Source: a virus. Taken from it: a stretch of 64,000 nt of DNA. The DNA lies in IMG/VR virus record IMGVR_UViG_3300016643_000133, positions 31,728 to 95,727 of that record; one strand, 5' to 3'. This document shows, one piece after another, positions 16,829 through 27,229 of the stretch. The position numbers and the translations under genes are program-made. The notes beneath the pieces were generated by a model. It saw nothing but the letters and a program-made list of their open reading frames with translations. It ran no database searches and was not told the origin of the DNA. The stretch's first letter is position 1, and every line of letters starts with the position of its first letter.

Positions 16829-17652
16829 TGAAGAACATAAAAATGTTTATGCACCTTCACAAAGATTTTCCTTTTAATTTTGATTCTTCTTGGGTCAAAG
16901 CGTGTTATGCTGGAGGTACCGGGCCGTATGAATGGCACCCACCATCTGATAAAGGTGCCTTTATTAATGTTACACTTGGCGGCATTTTAAAATATCGTCA
17001 TTATTATTCTGGCATTTCAGAAAATGAATTTCTTCGGGCTATTGGCCAACAAGCAACCGATTGTTATGTATCAAATTTAGGTTATGATATGCCAGATTAT
17101 GTTGGTGTTGGGTCATATCGCCGTTACCTTTTTATTGTGGATGCTCATAATAACCCACACGAAAAGGTTACAATGCCAGCCAATGAAGAATCTGTAAAAT
17201 ATTTAACTTCAGATGAGCAATTGGAAGCAGCTTCAAAATTATTGGATTCTGTTGATATAATTATCAATCGTGCTAGAACAATTAATGTAAACATTGAAGA
17301 ACAATACCTGCAATCACAACCTAAGGTATATTGGGATTTGTTTAAACAAGCTATTGTCAAAGTAAATCCGTCATACGAAAAACACATGAGTTGGTTTACA
17401 ACCAATAACATCATTAGTTTTGAAGGAGTTTACATTGTTCGTAAAGACCTATTTAAAAAATTAGTGAGTGAATATTTTCAGATTATGGAATACATTTGGT
17501 CTAATAGTCCAAACAATTATCCAACGCAACAAGTAACCTCTGAACCTCTTCCTTGGAGATACCCTGGTTTTCTAAATGAGAGGTTTGTTCCGTTTTTTAT
17601 CTTTGCGAATTCTTTAAGAAAAGCAGAAGTACCTTTGGTGTTTTTAAATTGA
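16828..17652 (+). CDS. DUF4422-like polysaccharide-biosynthesis protein
   Basis: DYVGVGSYRRYL and RYPGFLNERF motifs. Confidence 0.6.
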   Translation: MKNIKMFMHLHKDFPFNFDSSWVKACYAGGTGPYEWHPPSDKGAFINVTLGGILKYRHYYSGISENEFLRAIGQQATDCYVSNLGYDMPDYVGVGSYRRYLFIVDAHNNPHEKVTMPANEESVKYLTSDEQLEAASKLLDSVDIIINRARTINVNIEEQYLQSQPKVYWDLFKQAIVKVNPSYEKHMSWFTTNNIISFEGVYIVRKDLFKKLVSEYFQIMEYIWSNSPNNYPTQQVTSEPLPWRYPGFLNERFVPFFIFANSLRKAEVPLVFLN

Positions 17653-18056
17653 AAGAAAAATTCATCTCTGCTCATATGAAAGCTGCACAAGCATATGCAG
17701 AACTTTCATCAGCTAAAAGATTACAAGTTGGTTGTGTCATTGTAAAAGAAAACACGATTATTGGTATTGGTTATAATGGAATGCCAAGTGGCTGGGACAA
17801 TAATTGTGAAACAGAAGAAAACATTACACGACCAGAAGTGCTTCATGCCGAGACAAATGCAATCGCAAAAGTGGCACGCTCAACAAACTCAACTGACGGC
17901 TCTGATATGTTTATCACTCATGCGCCTTGTTTAGATTGTGCTAAGTTAATTCATCAGGCTGGTGTTAAAAATGTTTGGTTTAAAAATCATTATCGTGACA
18001 CCTCAGGCATTTCTTTTCTTCAAAAGTGTGGAATAGGAGTTACAAATGTCCAATAA
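17649..18056 (+). CDS. dCMP deaminase
   Basis: GYNG, HAETNAI, PCLDC zinc motifs. Confidence 0.92.
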   Translation: MKEKFISAHMKAAQAYAELSSAKRLQVGCVIVKENTIIGIGYNGMPSGWDNNCETEENITRPEVLHAETNAIAKVARSTNSTDGSDMFITHAPCLDCAKLIHQAGVKNVWFKNHYRDTSGISFLQKCGIGVTNVQ

Positions 18057-18237
18057 AAAAACATATACAACCAAAGTTTTGGCAATTGATTGTTTTGGTG
18101 ACGCAATTATACAATTACCAGATGAATTAGTAAAAGAATTAGATTGGCGGCCAGGAGATAAGCTAGATTATCAGTTAAAAGGCAAATCTGTAATTATTAC
18201 CAATCTTACCAAAAATGAACGATTATTGAAAAAATAG
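18046..18237 (+). CDS. AbrB/MazE-like small DNA-binding protein
   Basis: IIQLPDELVKELDWRPGDKL pattern. Confidence 0.65.
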   Translation: MSNKKTYTTKVLAIDCFGDAIIQLPDELVKELDWRPGDKLDYQLKGKSVIITNLTKNERLLKK

Positions 18238-18290
18238 ATAGCAGTTATAAAAAAATAATATTAGACAAATGATGGTTTTTGTGTTACAAT
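18225..18290 (+). promoter_or_regulatory. OxyR-like box abutting a sigma70 promoter for ahpC
   Basis: ATTG-N7-AGAT-N7-ATAA-N7-ATAT directly followed by TAGACA-17 nt-TACAAT. Confidence 0.55.
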
Positions 18291-18350
18291 ATTGATAAGT
18301 ATTATTAAGGTCATAAACCTAATAAACTTTAACTATTAAGGAGAATTGAA

Positions 18351-18911
18351 TTGAAAACAGTAGGTGATAAGATTGAACCGTTTGTCGTAACCGGCATTAA
18401 TCCTGGTTCAGATAAGTTTTTTGATATTACGGAAGAATCTTTTTCTGGTAAATGGAAAGTAATCGTTTACTATCCAAAAGATTTCACATTTGTATGCCCA
18501 ACAGAGATTGTGGCTTATGATAAACTATTCCAAGATTTTGCAGACCGTGATGCTGTATTGCTGACGGGCTCAACAGACAATGAGTTTTGTAAATTGGCTT
18601 GGCAAAATGCACATGAAGATTTGAAAAAGATTAAACACATTCAGTTTGCTGATACGCAAAGAGAAGCTTCTTGGTCTAAAGACAGATGTGTTTCTGGTAG
18701 CCTCGTAGAACAACTTGGTGTGTTCTTCAACCCTGCCGGTGCTGCTCTCCGTGCAACATTTATTGTTGACCCACAGAATGTTATTCAACACATTACTGTC
18801 AACAATCTAAATGTTGGTCGCTCACCAGAAGAAACTCTGCGTGTATTGGATGCTCTGCAAACTGGTGAATTGTGTGCCTGTAATCGCACCGTTGGTGGTG
18901 AAACACTATGA
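18351..18911 (+). CDS. ahpC: 2-Cys peroxiredoxin
   Basis: YPKDFTFVCPTE, RATFIVDP, GRSPEE, GELC; AAGGAG RBS, TTG start. Confidence 0.93.
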   Translation: MKTVGDKIEPFVVTGINPGSDKFFDITEESFSGKWKVIVYYPKDFTFVCPTEIVAYDKLFQDFADRDAVLLTGSTDNEFCKLAWQNAHEDLKKIKHIQFADTQREASWSKDRCVSGSLVEQLGVFFNPAGAALRATFIVDPQNVIQHITVNNLNVGRSPEETLRVLDALQTGELCACNRTVGGETL

Positions 18912-19420
18912 GTTGGGTTGACCAAATAAAGGAGGCTTTGCCTGAATATGCGAAAGACACTAAACTCAATTTGGATTCTGTTATCAATCGTAGCACTCTT
19001 GATGCTACTGTTGCTCAAGGCTGTGCCTTGGCCGCTGCTATGGCAACAGGCAATGGAAAACTCGTTGCCTTTATACAGTCAGGTTTGGAGGATGCCAAAG
19101 AGTGTGACGCAGCATTGACCGCTTCTTCACTTATGGGTATGAACAATGTTTGGTATCCATATGTTGAAATGGTAAATGACCCTAACCTTTCTGGTTTGCC
19201 AGCACAATTGCGTATGAACGCTATTGCAACACACGGCGGAACAACGAAGGCCAATTTTGAAGCCTACAGTTTAGCTGCGAGTATTGTTGGCAAGTGCCAT
19301 TTCTGTGTTAAGGCACACTATGATACTTTGAAGAAAGAAGGTATGACTGTTGAACAGTTGCGTGACATTGGTAGAATTGCAGCAGTTATTACTTCCGTTG
19401 CAAAAGTGTTAAATAGTTAA
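18908..19420 (+). CDS. ahpD: alkyl hydroperoxide reductase AhpD
   Basis: LPEYAKDTKLNL, MGMNNVWY, SIVGKCHFCVKAH. Confidence 0.9.
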   Translation: MSWVDQIKEALPEYAKDTKLNLDSVINRSTLDATVAQGCALAAAMATGNGKLVAFIQSGLEDAKECDAALTASSLMGMNNVWYPYVEMVNDPNLSGLPAQLRMNAIATHGGTTKANFEAYSLAASIVGKCHFCVKAHYDTLKKEGMTVEQLRDIGRIAAVITSVAKVLNS

Positions 19421-20070
19421 TGGCATTTCTCGTTCATAATCTACCACCAGTTCAATGCTTCGTTAAGAAAGAGTTTCTCTATGATTTTGAAAAAGGTCAT
19501 GGAGAATATGAACCTTGCATTTGGATGACAATCAAATGTATCAAAGGCCAAGCCTTTCGCATTGAAGCACTTCTGCCTAATTATGGTGCTTTATATGATA
19601 AACTTCCTCTCCATGCTTTTGTATCACGGCAAACAGACCTTAAAACTGCAACTTTGCCTTTGGACTACTTGCAAATATGGGACTGTTTGAGTTATAATGT
19701 TACTGTAATTGAAAAAGATAATTTGCGAATGTTGAAATGCAAATTCTTGGACAAAGACAGAACATGGCACTTCGGTGAGTATATGTTCACCGTAGATTTT
19801 TGCCAAAACGACCCTGGTTATTTGAATACAGGATTTTCTGAAACAGTTGAAGAACACAAAAGTTACAACTTTATCAAATTAGATAATGGTCAGTATGCGG
19901 CACAACCAAATAACAAGACCCTTTTCTATGATGCATCTTTGACTGTACCTGAATTTAAACGACCAGATTTTAAAATAGCAACAAAGTTATATTCTGTAGA
20001 GAAATTCAATAAACACTCTGCTAGAAATAACAATGATTTTTTTTATGACTTTGAAGAAAGAAAAGAATGA
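19420..20070 (+). CDS. conserved phage hypothetical protein
   Basis: 216-aa ORF coupled on both sides; YGALYDKLPLHAF, EEHKSYN, QPNNK. Confidence 0.7.
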   Translation: MAFLVHNLPPVQCFVKKEFLYDFEKGHGEYEPCIWMTIKCIKGQAFRIEALLPNYGALYDKLPLHAFVSRQTDLKTATLPLDYLQIWDCLSYNVTVIEKDNLRMLKCKFLDKDRTWHFGEYMFTVDFCQNDPGYLNTGFSETVEEHKSYNFIKLDNGQYAAQPNNKTLFYDASLTVPEFKRPDFKIATKLYSVEKFNKHSARNNNDFFYDFEERKE

Positions 20071-20291
20071 ACATTCGTGAACTTGCAAAAAAACTAGCCA
20101 TTGAAAACAAAATGCCTCGGGCCGAGAAGTATGATTTGGCGCTTCGTGAATTTGACAATAGTGTTGAAGTGATTGGTTGGATGCAAGACCCGACCTATGA
20201 CATGAAGGACTTCCAAGGGCGTGAGATGCTTTTTCCAAAACGCTGGGTTACAATTGGTGTATTGTCAGCTGATACGGAGGTTCGTGTATGA
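20067..20291 (+). CDS. hypothetical protein
   Basis: ATGA overlaps. Confidence 0.65.
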   Translation: MNIRELAKKLAIENKMPRAEKYDLALREFDNSVEVIGWMQDPTYDMKDFQGREMLFPKRWVTIGVLSADTEVRV

Positions 20292-20587
20292 CTGTTAAAC
20301 TTATAACCTTCAAAACAAACCAAACAATTCTGGCTGAGATTGATTGCACAGGAGAAAAAGAAATCTCTATGAAAGAGCCTGTTCAGGTGATTGTGCAACC
20401 AACACAACAAGGCCCAATGATGGGCTTCGCACCATTTTTAGAATATGCTGAAGAATTCAATACAGGCATTAAAGTATCAATGGACGATGTTCTTTGTCTT
20501 ACTACACCAAGCCGTGAATTAGTAAATCAATATAACAAAATGTTCGGAAGTGGCATACAGATTGCCTCATCTATTCCTAAAATCTGA
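20288..20587 (+). CDS. hypothetical protein, possible Sm-like fold
   Basis: GGAGG RBS; VKLITFKTNQTILAE...YNKMFGSGI; immediately before gp43. Confidence 0.65.
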   Translation: MTVKLITFKTNQTILAEIDCTGEKEISMKEPVQVIVQPTQQGPMMGFAPFLEYAEEFNTGIKVSMDDVLCLTTPSRELVNQYNKMFGSGIQIASSIPKI

Positions 20588-20599
20588 TATAATATATGA

Positions 20600-23137
20600 A
20601 TGTCTAAAAAATATTACACCCATGTTCTCTGCTTTGGTAATCACATTATGTACCGAGGCATCAACAACGGTCGGAGAGTAAAGCAGAAGATTGAATACTC
20701 TCCGACTTTGTATTTTCCCACTAACAAGAATACCGAATGGCGCTCGTTACAGGGCGATGTGCTAGAACCTAAATCGTTTGGCTCTATCCGTGAGGCTAAA
20801 GAGTTCATCAAACGGTATGAAGAAGTTCAAAACTTTAAGATGTTTGGTAATACCAGGCTTGAGTATGCCTATATCGCTGATACTCAGAAGGGTATCATAG
20901 ATTGGGACATCAAAGACCTTGACATAGCCATCATTGACATTGAGGTTGGGTCAGAGAACGGCTTCCCAGACCCAGCCACCGCCAGCGAACCGGTGACCGC
21001 CGTAGCTGTAAAACGACTAAATAAAAGGTTAAGCGTTTACGGATGTGGGGATTTTGACAATTCCCGTGATGATGTTGACTATATCAAGTGCCAAGACGAA
21101 TATACCCTACTTAAAACCTTCCTGATGGATTGGGAAGCAAACACACCAGATATTATGTCTGGTTGGAATATTAAGTTCTTTGATATTCCGTATCTCCACA
21201 ATCGTATGCAAAGAATTCTTGGGCCAGATTTGACCAAAAAACTATCTCCATGGGGTGGTCTTGCAGAGCGTGAAAAAATTATTAAAGGTAAAAAACAAAC
21301 AACATATGAGATTCTCGGTGTTTCTTGTCTTGATTATATTGAGTTATACCGCTGGTATGCTCCCTCTGGTAAATCACAAGAGTCCTACAAACTTGACCAC
21401 ATTGCTTCAGTTGAACTAGGCACAAACAAACTAGATTATTCTGAGTATGACAACCTGCATCAATTGTATAAACTAAACTATCAAAAGTTTATTGAGTATA
21501 ATATCAAAGATGTGGAACTTATTGTTGAACTAGAAGATAAGTTGAAACTGATTGAGTTGGCTGTAACTCTGGCATATGACACTAAAACGAACTTTGAAGA
21601 TGTGTTTGCTCAAACTCGTATGTGGGATTCTCTAATCAATTGTTATTTGATGGAACAAAAGATTATTGTGCCACCAAAAGAACGCAAAGAAAAAGATTCT
21701 GCATTTGAAGGCGCATATGTCAAAGAACCACAAGTTGGTAAGCACGATTGGGTTGCATCGTTTGACCTAAACTCTCTTTATCCACATTTGTTGATTCAAT
21801 ACAATATTTCACCAGAAACAATTATTGAACCTCACGAATACACACTAGAAATGCGGCGTATTATTTCTGATGGTGTAAGTGTTGATAAGATGCTTGATAT
21901 GAAAGTTGATACAAGCAAACTAGAAGGTGTTACATTGACACCAAACGGTCAATACTTTACAACTCGTAAACAAGGTTTTCTTCCTAAGATGATGGAAGAA
22001 ATGTATGAGGACCGAAAAAAGTTTAAGAAACTGATGATTAAGGCACAACAAGATTATCAAGTTGAAACTGATAAGAAGAAAAAAGCAGAACTAGAAAAAC
22101 TCATTGCACGATATAACAATCTACAACTTGCAAAGAAAGTTTCGCTAAACTCTGCTTATGGTGCTCTTGGCTCACAATACTTTCGTTTCTATGATTTGCG
22201 TCAGGCACTTGCAGTTACACAAGCAGGTCAATTAAGTATTCGTTGGATTGAGAAGAAACTCAATCAATTTATGAACAAATTATTAAAAACGGAAAAAGAT
22301 TATGTTATTGCTTCAGATACAGACAGCATTTATCTCCGTCTTGGTGAGCTCGTTGATAAGGTGTATAAAGAAAAGACGGACACTAATGCAATTATCACCT
22401 TCATGGACAAAGTATGCGAAGATAAAATTCAACCATTTATTGATGAAAGCTACCAAGAACTTGCTGATTATGTTCACGCACACTCACAAAAAATGCAAAT
22501 GAAGCGTGAAGCGTTGGCAGACAAAGGTCTATGGACTGCCAAAAAACGCTATGCGCTAAATGTATTTAATAACGAAGGTGTTGTTTACAAAGAACCAAAA
22601 CTCAAAGTGATGGGTCTAGAGATGGTCAAATCATCTACACCTTCTGTTATCCGTGAAAAGATGAAATATGTTTTGAACCTAATGATGATGGGCACCGAAG
22701 AAGATGTGCATGAGTTTATCTCAACTTTCAAAGAAGAATTTATGAAACTTCCGCCAGAAGATATCTCATCACCAAGAGGTTGTAATGGCATTGCACAGTA
22801 TTCGGATTCAGTTACATTGTATAAAAAAGGCACACCAATTCATGTAAAGGGTGCCATTCTATACAACTTTCATATTAAACAAATGAAATTAGAGAACAAG
22901 TATCCAATGATACAAGAAGGTGAGAAATTAAAGTTTGCTTATCTGAAAATGCCTAACCCAATCAAAGATACTGTCATCAGTTTTCCTCAACGACTGCCAA
23001 AAGAAATGGGTTTGCAAGAGTTTATTGATTATGATATGCAATTTGAGAAAGCCTTTTTAGAACCAATTCGTGTCGTATTGGATTGTATGGGTTGGAAAAC
23101 AGAGAAACAAAACTCATTGGAGGATTTCTTTGGATAA
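20600..23137 (+). CDS. gp43: family B DNA polymerase
   Basis: DIEV exonuclease, SFDLNSLYP, KVSLNSAYG, SDTDS; uninterrupted. Confidence 0.97.
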   Translation: MSKKYYTHVLCFGNHIMYRGINNGRRVKQKIEYSPTLYFPTNKNTEWRSLQGDVLEPKSFGSIREAKEFIKRYEEVQNFKMFGNTRLEYAYIADTQKGIIDWDIKDLDIAIIDIEVGSENGFPDPATASEPVTAVAVKRLNKRLSVYGCGDFDNSRDDVDYIKCQDEYTLLKTFLMDWEANTPDIMSGWNIKFFDIPYLHNRMQRILGPDLTKKLSPWGGLAEREKIIKGKKQTTYEILGVSCLDYIELYRWYAPSGKSQESYKLDHIASVELGTNKLDYSEYDNLHQLYKLNYQKFIEYNIKDVELIVELEDKLKLIELAVTLAYDTKTNFEDVFAQTRMWDSLINCYLMEQKIIVPPKERKEKDSAFEGAYVKEPQVGKHDWVASFDLNSLYPHLLIQYNISPETIIEPHEYTLEMRRIISDGVSVDKMLDMKVDTSKLEGVTLTPNGQYFTTRKQGFLPKMMEEMYEDRKKFKKLMIKAQQDYQVETDKKKKAELEKLIARYNNLQLAKKVSLNSAYGALGSQYFRFYDLRQALAVTQAGQLSIRWIEKKLNQFMNKLLKTEKDYVIASDTDSIYLRLGELVDKVYKEKTDTNAIITFMDKVCEDKIQPFIDESYQELADYVHAHSQKMQMKREALADKGLWTAKKRYALNVFNNEGVVYKEPKLKVMGLEMVKSSTPSVIREKMKYVLNLMMMGTEEDVHEFISTFKEEFMKLPPEDISSPRGCNGIAQYSDSVTLYKKGTPIHVKGAILYNFHIKQMKLENKYPMIQEGEKLKFAYLKMPNPIKDTVISFPQRLPKEMGLQEFIDYDMQFEKAFLEPIRVVLDCMGWKTEKQNSLEDFFG

Positions 23138-23675
23138 TATTCGCATTATACAAACTGGTGTTGATGTAAGTAAAATCAAAGAACAGTTAGAAATGTATCC
23201 AAAAGATTGGGGTATCCAAACAGAAATGGAACATAGAGATATGCTTGACCCTAATACCAACCTTGTAAGTGCTAAAGTATTACAATTGATGGTTGGTGCA
23301 ATATCAGAGGTTGGCCAAGATGTTCGTAATTCTGAAATCTGCATACCCACATCTGCTTGTAGCCGTCATACAGAAGTGTTACGCTGGGCTTGGAAAACAT
23401 TTGGTCGTTTTGCTCGGTGTGCTTTTTTGGCTTTGCCGCCAAAAAAGATAGTCGGTCAACACATAGATTGGGGAACATATTACCTCACGAAAGACCGATA
23501 TCACCTTTCAATACAAGGTCGTTATAAGTATACAGTTGGCGGAGAATCCGTTATCGTAGAACCAGGAACATTTCTTTGGTTCAATAATAAACTATCACAT
23601 GGCACAGAGAATATTGGTGAAGAAACAAGAATCACATTTGTAATAGATGTGCCTCACCATCCAAATAACCCATGA
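23130..23675 (+). CDS. aspartyl/asparaginyl beta-hydroxylase-like 2OG-Fe(II) oxygenase
   Basis: HID...RYHLSIQG...WFNNKLSHG...RITFVID; TTG start after GGAGG. Confidence 0.75.
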   Translation: MDNIRIIQTGVDVSKIKEQLEMYPKDWGIQTEMEHRDMLDPNTNLVSAKVLQLMVGAISEVGQDVRNSEICIPTSACSRHTEVLRWAWKTFGRFARCAFLALPPKKIVGQHIDWGTYYLTKDRYHLSIQGRYKYTVGGESVIVEPGTFLWFNNKLSHGTENIGEETRITFVIDVPHHPNNP

Positions 23676-24505
23676 CACAAGTAATTTTTCCTTTAATCAC
23701 AGCGTTAGCATTATCTGCTATAGCTGCCTTTTATTCTGTAATTGGTTTAGCGCAAATCTTTCCTGGTTCATTTTGGCCAATCGTAGTTATGGGTTCAGTA
23801 TTAGAGCTTGCTAAACTCGTTACTGTTTCTTGGGTGTATAATAATTGGAATACAACAAAAAGAATAATGAAATATTATTTTTTGACTGCTGTTATATTGC
23901 TAATGATTATAACATCAATGGGTATCTTTGGTTACCTTTCAAAAGCTCACCTAGAATCTAATGTCACACTTGGTGCCAATTCTGTTCAACTTAAAACATT
24001 AGAGACACAAGAAAAAATTGCTAAAGAAAGGTTGACATATCTTTTACAGAGAGCAGGCGACCCAGCTACAGCATCAGCTCGTATTGATAGGCAGATACAA
24101 GAAACACAAACAGAATTAAAAAGAATTACAAACGAAAAACTGCCTTTGATGGCAGAAGAAAACAAATTGGCGGCAGAGATTGGTCCAATTAAGTATATCG
24201 CCGAAATGTTCTATGATAAAGATGACCCTTCATTCATAGATAAAGCTGTAAGAGCAGTAATCATTACAATCATTATTGTTTTTGACCCACTTGCCGTGTT
24301 ACTTCTTATAGCATCACAACAGAGTTACCGTAAATTAAAACCACACCAAAAACAAATAAGATGGCCAAAATTTACCAGAAAGCAAGTAAAACCACTTGAC
24401 AAACCACCTGAGGATAGTGTAAAATTTAATCCTTATTTGGACACAACAAGTAACGAAATTATTCCCAAATCAAAGATTACCAAAATGGATGGAGGCACTT
24501 TTTAA
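23672..24505 (+). CDS. membrane protein with coiled coil
   Basis: Three N-terminal TM segments, SMGIFGYLSKAH, GPIKYIA, VFDPLAV TM. Confidence 0.75.
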   Translation: MTQVIFPLITALALSAIAAFYSVIGLAQIFPGSFWPIVVMGSVLELAKLVTVSWVYNNWNTTKRIMKYYFLTAVILLMIITSMGIFGYLSKAHLESNVTLGANSVQLKTLETQEKIAKERLTYLLQRAGDPATASARIDRQIQETQTELKRITNEKLPLMAEENKLAAEIGPIKYIAEMFYDKDDPSFIDKAVRAVIITIIIVFDPLAVLLLIASQQSYRKLKPHQKQIRWPKFTRKQVKPLDKPPEDSVKFNPYLDTTSNEIIPKSKITKMDGGTF

Positions 24506-24506
24506 T

Positions 24507-25562
24507 ATGAGTTTGCTAGATAAATTAAAAAAGAATACAACGATTAAAGATTCGTCTATTCTTGCTAAATCAAAATTCTTTAATGAAAAAGATATGATAC
24601 AAACAGATGTGCCGATGGTCAATGTGGCACTATCTGGACAATTAGATGGTGGCCTAACACCAGGACTTACAATGCTTGCAGGTCCATCTAAACACTTCAA
24701 AACAGCATTTGCTCTTTTGATGGCATCTTCTTATATGAAAAAATATAAAGAAGCTGTCGTATTGTTTTATGATTCAGAATTTGGCACACCACAAAAATAT
24801 TTTGAAACATTTAACATCAATATGGACCGAGTTCTTCATACACCAATTACTGACATTGAAGAATTGAAACATGATATTATGAATCAGTTGCAAGGCCTTG
24901 ACAAAGATGACAAAGTGATTATTGTCATTGATTCAATTGGTAATTTGGCATCACGCAAAGAAGTTGAAGATTCGTTAGAAGGTAAATCTGTTGCAGATAT
25001 GACCCGTGCCAAACAAATCAAGTCATTGTTCCGTATGATTACACCACACCTAACAATCAAAGATGTTCCAATGGTTGTTGTCAATCACACTTACAAAGAA
25101 ATTGGTATGTTCCCTAAAGATATTGTTGGTGGTGGTACAGGTTCTTATTACTCTGCTGATACAATTTGGATTCTTGGTCGTCAACAAGATAAAAATGGCG
25201 GTGAAATTACTGGTTACAACTTCATTATCAATGTTGAAAAATCTCGTTATGTGCGTGAGAAATCTAAAATTCCTATTACTGTTTCATTTGATGGCGGTAT
25301 TCAGAAATACTCTGGTCTTTTAGAAATTGCTTTAGAAGGAGGTTTTGTTCAGAAGCCATCGCCTGGTTGGTATGCAAAAGTTGACCAGAAAAGTGGTGAG
25401 CTTGGTGCTAAACTGCGTGAGACAGACACCAACTCAAAAGAATTTTGGAAGGATATTCTAAATGATAAGAAGTTTAATGAATACATTAAGCAACGGTACT
25501 CTATTGCTTTTGGAAGTATTCTCGGACAAGATGCAGAGTTGGAGGAAACCGAAAGTGCTTAA
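24507..25562 (+). CDS. uvsX: RecA-like recombinase
   Basis: AGPSKHFKT, FYDSEFG, IDSIGNLAS, DMTRAK. Confidence 0.95.
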   Translation: MSLLDKLKKNTTIKDSSILAKSKFFNEKDMIQTDVPMVNVALSGQLDGGLTPGLTMLAGPSKHFKTAFALLMASSYMKKYKEAVVLFYDSEFGTPQKYFETFNINMDRVLHTPITDIEELKHDIMNQLQGLDKDDKVIIVIDSIGNLASRKEVEDSLEGKSVADMTRAKQIKSLFRMITPHLTIKDVPMVVVNHTYKEIGMFPKDIVGGGTGSYYSADTIWILGRQQDKNGGEITGYNFIINVEKSRYVREKSKIPITVSFDGGIQKYSGLLEIALEGGFVQKPSPGWYAKVDQKSGELGAKLRETDTNSKEFWKDILNDKKFNEYIKQRYSIAFGSILGQDAELEETESA

Positions 25563-25872
25563 AGAAGGAGTTGACTACGCTTTCATAGAATTCAAAGATA
25601 GTGACCTTACTGGTATACAAGTTCTAAAAGGCGAGTATGAAGGCGTAGTTTACCATTACCATAAAGCCAGGGTAGTTGAAGATAACGGCTTTGCTAGGTT
25701 ACAATTTGGTTTTACAATCGTTCATCCAGGCAAACACGACATAGACCTCTTGCAAAATGACGAAGGATTTGTTACAATTATGGGTGATATCTTACAACAA
25801 TTAGTATTGAATAAAGCGAAGGCAGATGAACAGATTAGAACAGATAATTCTGAAGAATTTAATTTACAATGA
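25555..25872 (+). CDS. hypothetical protein in the position of T4 gp40
   Basis: GTG after GGAGG, between uvsX and gp41. Confidence 0.6.
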   Translation: MLKEGVDYAFIEFKDSDLTGIQVLKGEYEGVVYHYHKARVVEDNGFARLQFGFTIVHPGKHDIDLLQNDEGFVTIMGDILQQLVLNKAKADEQIRTDNSEEFNLQ

Positions 25873-27229
25873 GGCTTTCACAAGAAAAGTAATTCCTTTT
25901 ATTCGTTCTGATTATTTTGGTGAAGATGCCGAAAGAATCATTTTCAAAGAAGTTTTTGAATTTACAAACAAATACAAGAATCTTCCGTCACACGAAGCCC
26001 TTGTAATCAACCTTACCGAAAGTAAATCGCTGACCGAACCACAAGTAAGGTCGGCGATTGAACTTCTCAACGAAATCAAAGAATCAAAAGATGAAACTGT
26101 AGAGTTGTCTTGGATTACTGAGCAAACAGAAAAGTTTTGCCAAGATAAAGCCATCTACAATGCCATCATGGAATCTGTGCATATCCTTGATGACAAAAAC
26201 TCCAAAAAATCAAAAGGCGAAATACCAAAACTTCTTGCTGATGCTCTTGGTGTTTCATTTGACAGTAATGTTGGTCACGATTACATGAATGACTTTGATG
26301 ACCGATATGACTTCTATCACCGTGTTGAAAGTCGTATTCGTTTTGATTTGGATATTTTCAACAAGATTACTAAAGGCGGTCTGCCAGTTAAAACTTTGAA
26401 TATTGCTCTTGCAGGCACAGGTGTTGGTAAATCATTGTTTATGTGTCACATGGCAGGCTCTTGTTTGTCACAAGGCCATAATGTGTTGTATATTACACTA
26501 GAAATGGCCGAAGAAAAGATTGCTGAGCGTATTGATGCGAACTTACTCAATGCTGATTTCAATGAACTTCATACGATGAGTAAATCTGATTATGAGCGCA
26601 AGTTTGAAGCCCTCAGAACCAAAACTCATGGTAAACTTATCATCAAAGAATATCCAACTGCCAGCGCTTCTGCACTACATTTCCGTGCTTTGCTAAACGA
26701 ACTTGCTCTGAAGAAGAATTTCAGACCAGATATTATCTTTATTGATTATCTAAACATCTGTTCATCAGCACGAATCAAACCAGGCGGCAATGTCAACAGT
26801 TATACTTACATTAAATCTATTGCTGAAGAATTGCGTGGTCTTGCCGTTGAAAACAACCTACCTATTGTTTCTGCGACACAAACAACCCGAAGCGGTTTCA
26901 CCAATTCAGACCCTGGCTTGGAAGATACAAGTGAATCGTTTGGTCTGCCTGCAACGGCCGATTTTATGTTTGCTTTGATTTCAAATGAAGAACTAGAAGG
27001 TCTGAATCAGATTCTTGTCAAACAATTAAAGAATCGTTATAGTGACCCAAATGCCTTCAAACGATTTGTAGTTGGTGTTGACAGGTCAAAAATGCGACTA
27101 TATGATGCAGAAGATTCAGCACAACAGGGCATTACTGATTCTGGTCAAGATGAAGATACAGGCCCAATCAATACATTTGGCACAAGAGAAAGCAAATTTA
27201 ATCGTAATTTTGATGGTCTAAAAGTATGA
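25826..27229 (+). CDS. gp41: replicative DNA helicase
   Basis: AGTGVGKS, YITLEMAEE, IDYLNIC, SATQTTR, SESFGLPATAD. Confidence 0.96.
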   Translation: MNRLEQIILKNLIYNEAFTRKVIPFIRSDYFGEDAERIIFKEVFEFTNKYKNLPSHEALVINLTESKSLTEPQVRSAIELLNEIKESKDETVELSWITEQTEKFCQDKAIYNAIMESVHILDDKNSKKSKGEIPKLLADALGVSFDSNVGHDYMNDFDDRYDFYHRVESRIRFDLDIFNKITKGGLPVKTLNIALAGTGVGKSLFMCHMAGSCLSQGHNVLYITLEMAEEKIAERIDANLLNADFNELHTMSKSDYERKFEALRTKTHGKLIIKEYPTASASALHFRALLNELALKKNFRPDIIFIDYLNICSSARIKPGGNVNSYTYIKSIAEELRGLAVENNLPIVSATQTTRSGFTNSDPGLEDTSESFGLPATADFMFALISNEELEGLNQILVKQLKNRYSDPNAFKRFVVGVDRSKMRLYDAEDSAQQGITDSGQDEDTGPINTFGTRESKFNRNFDGLKV

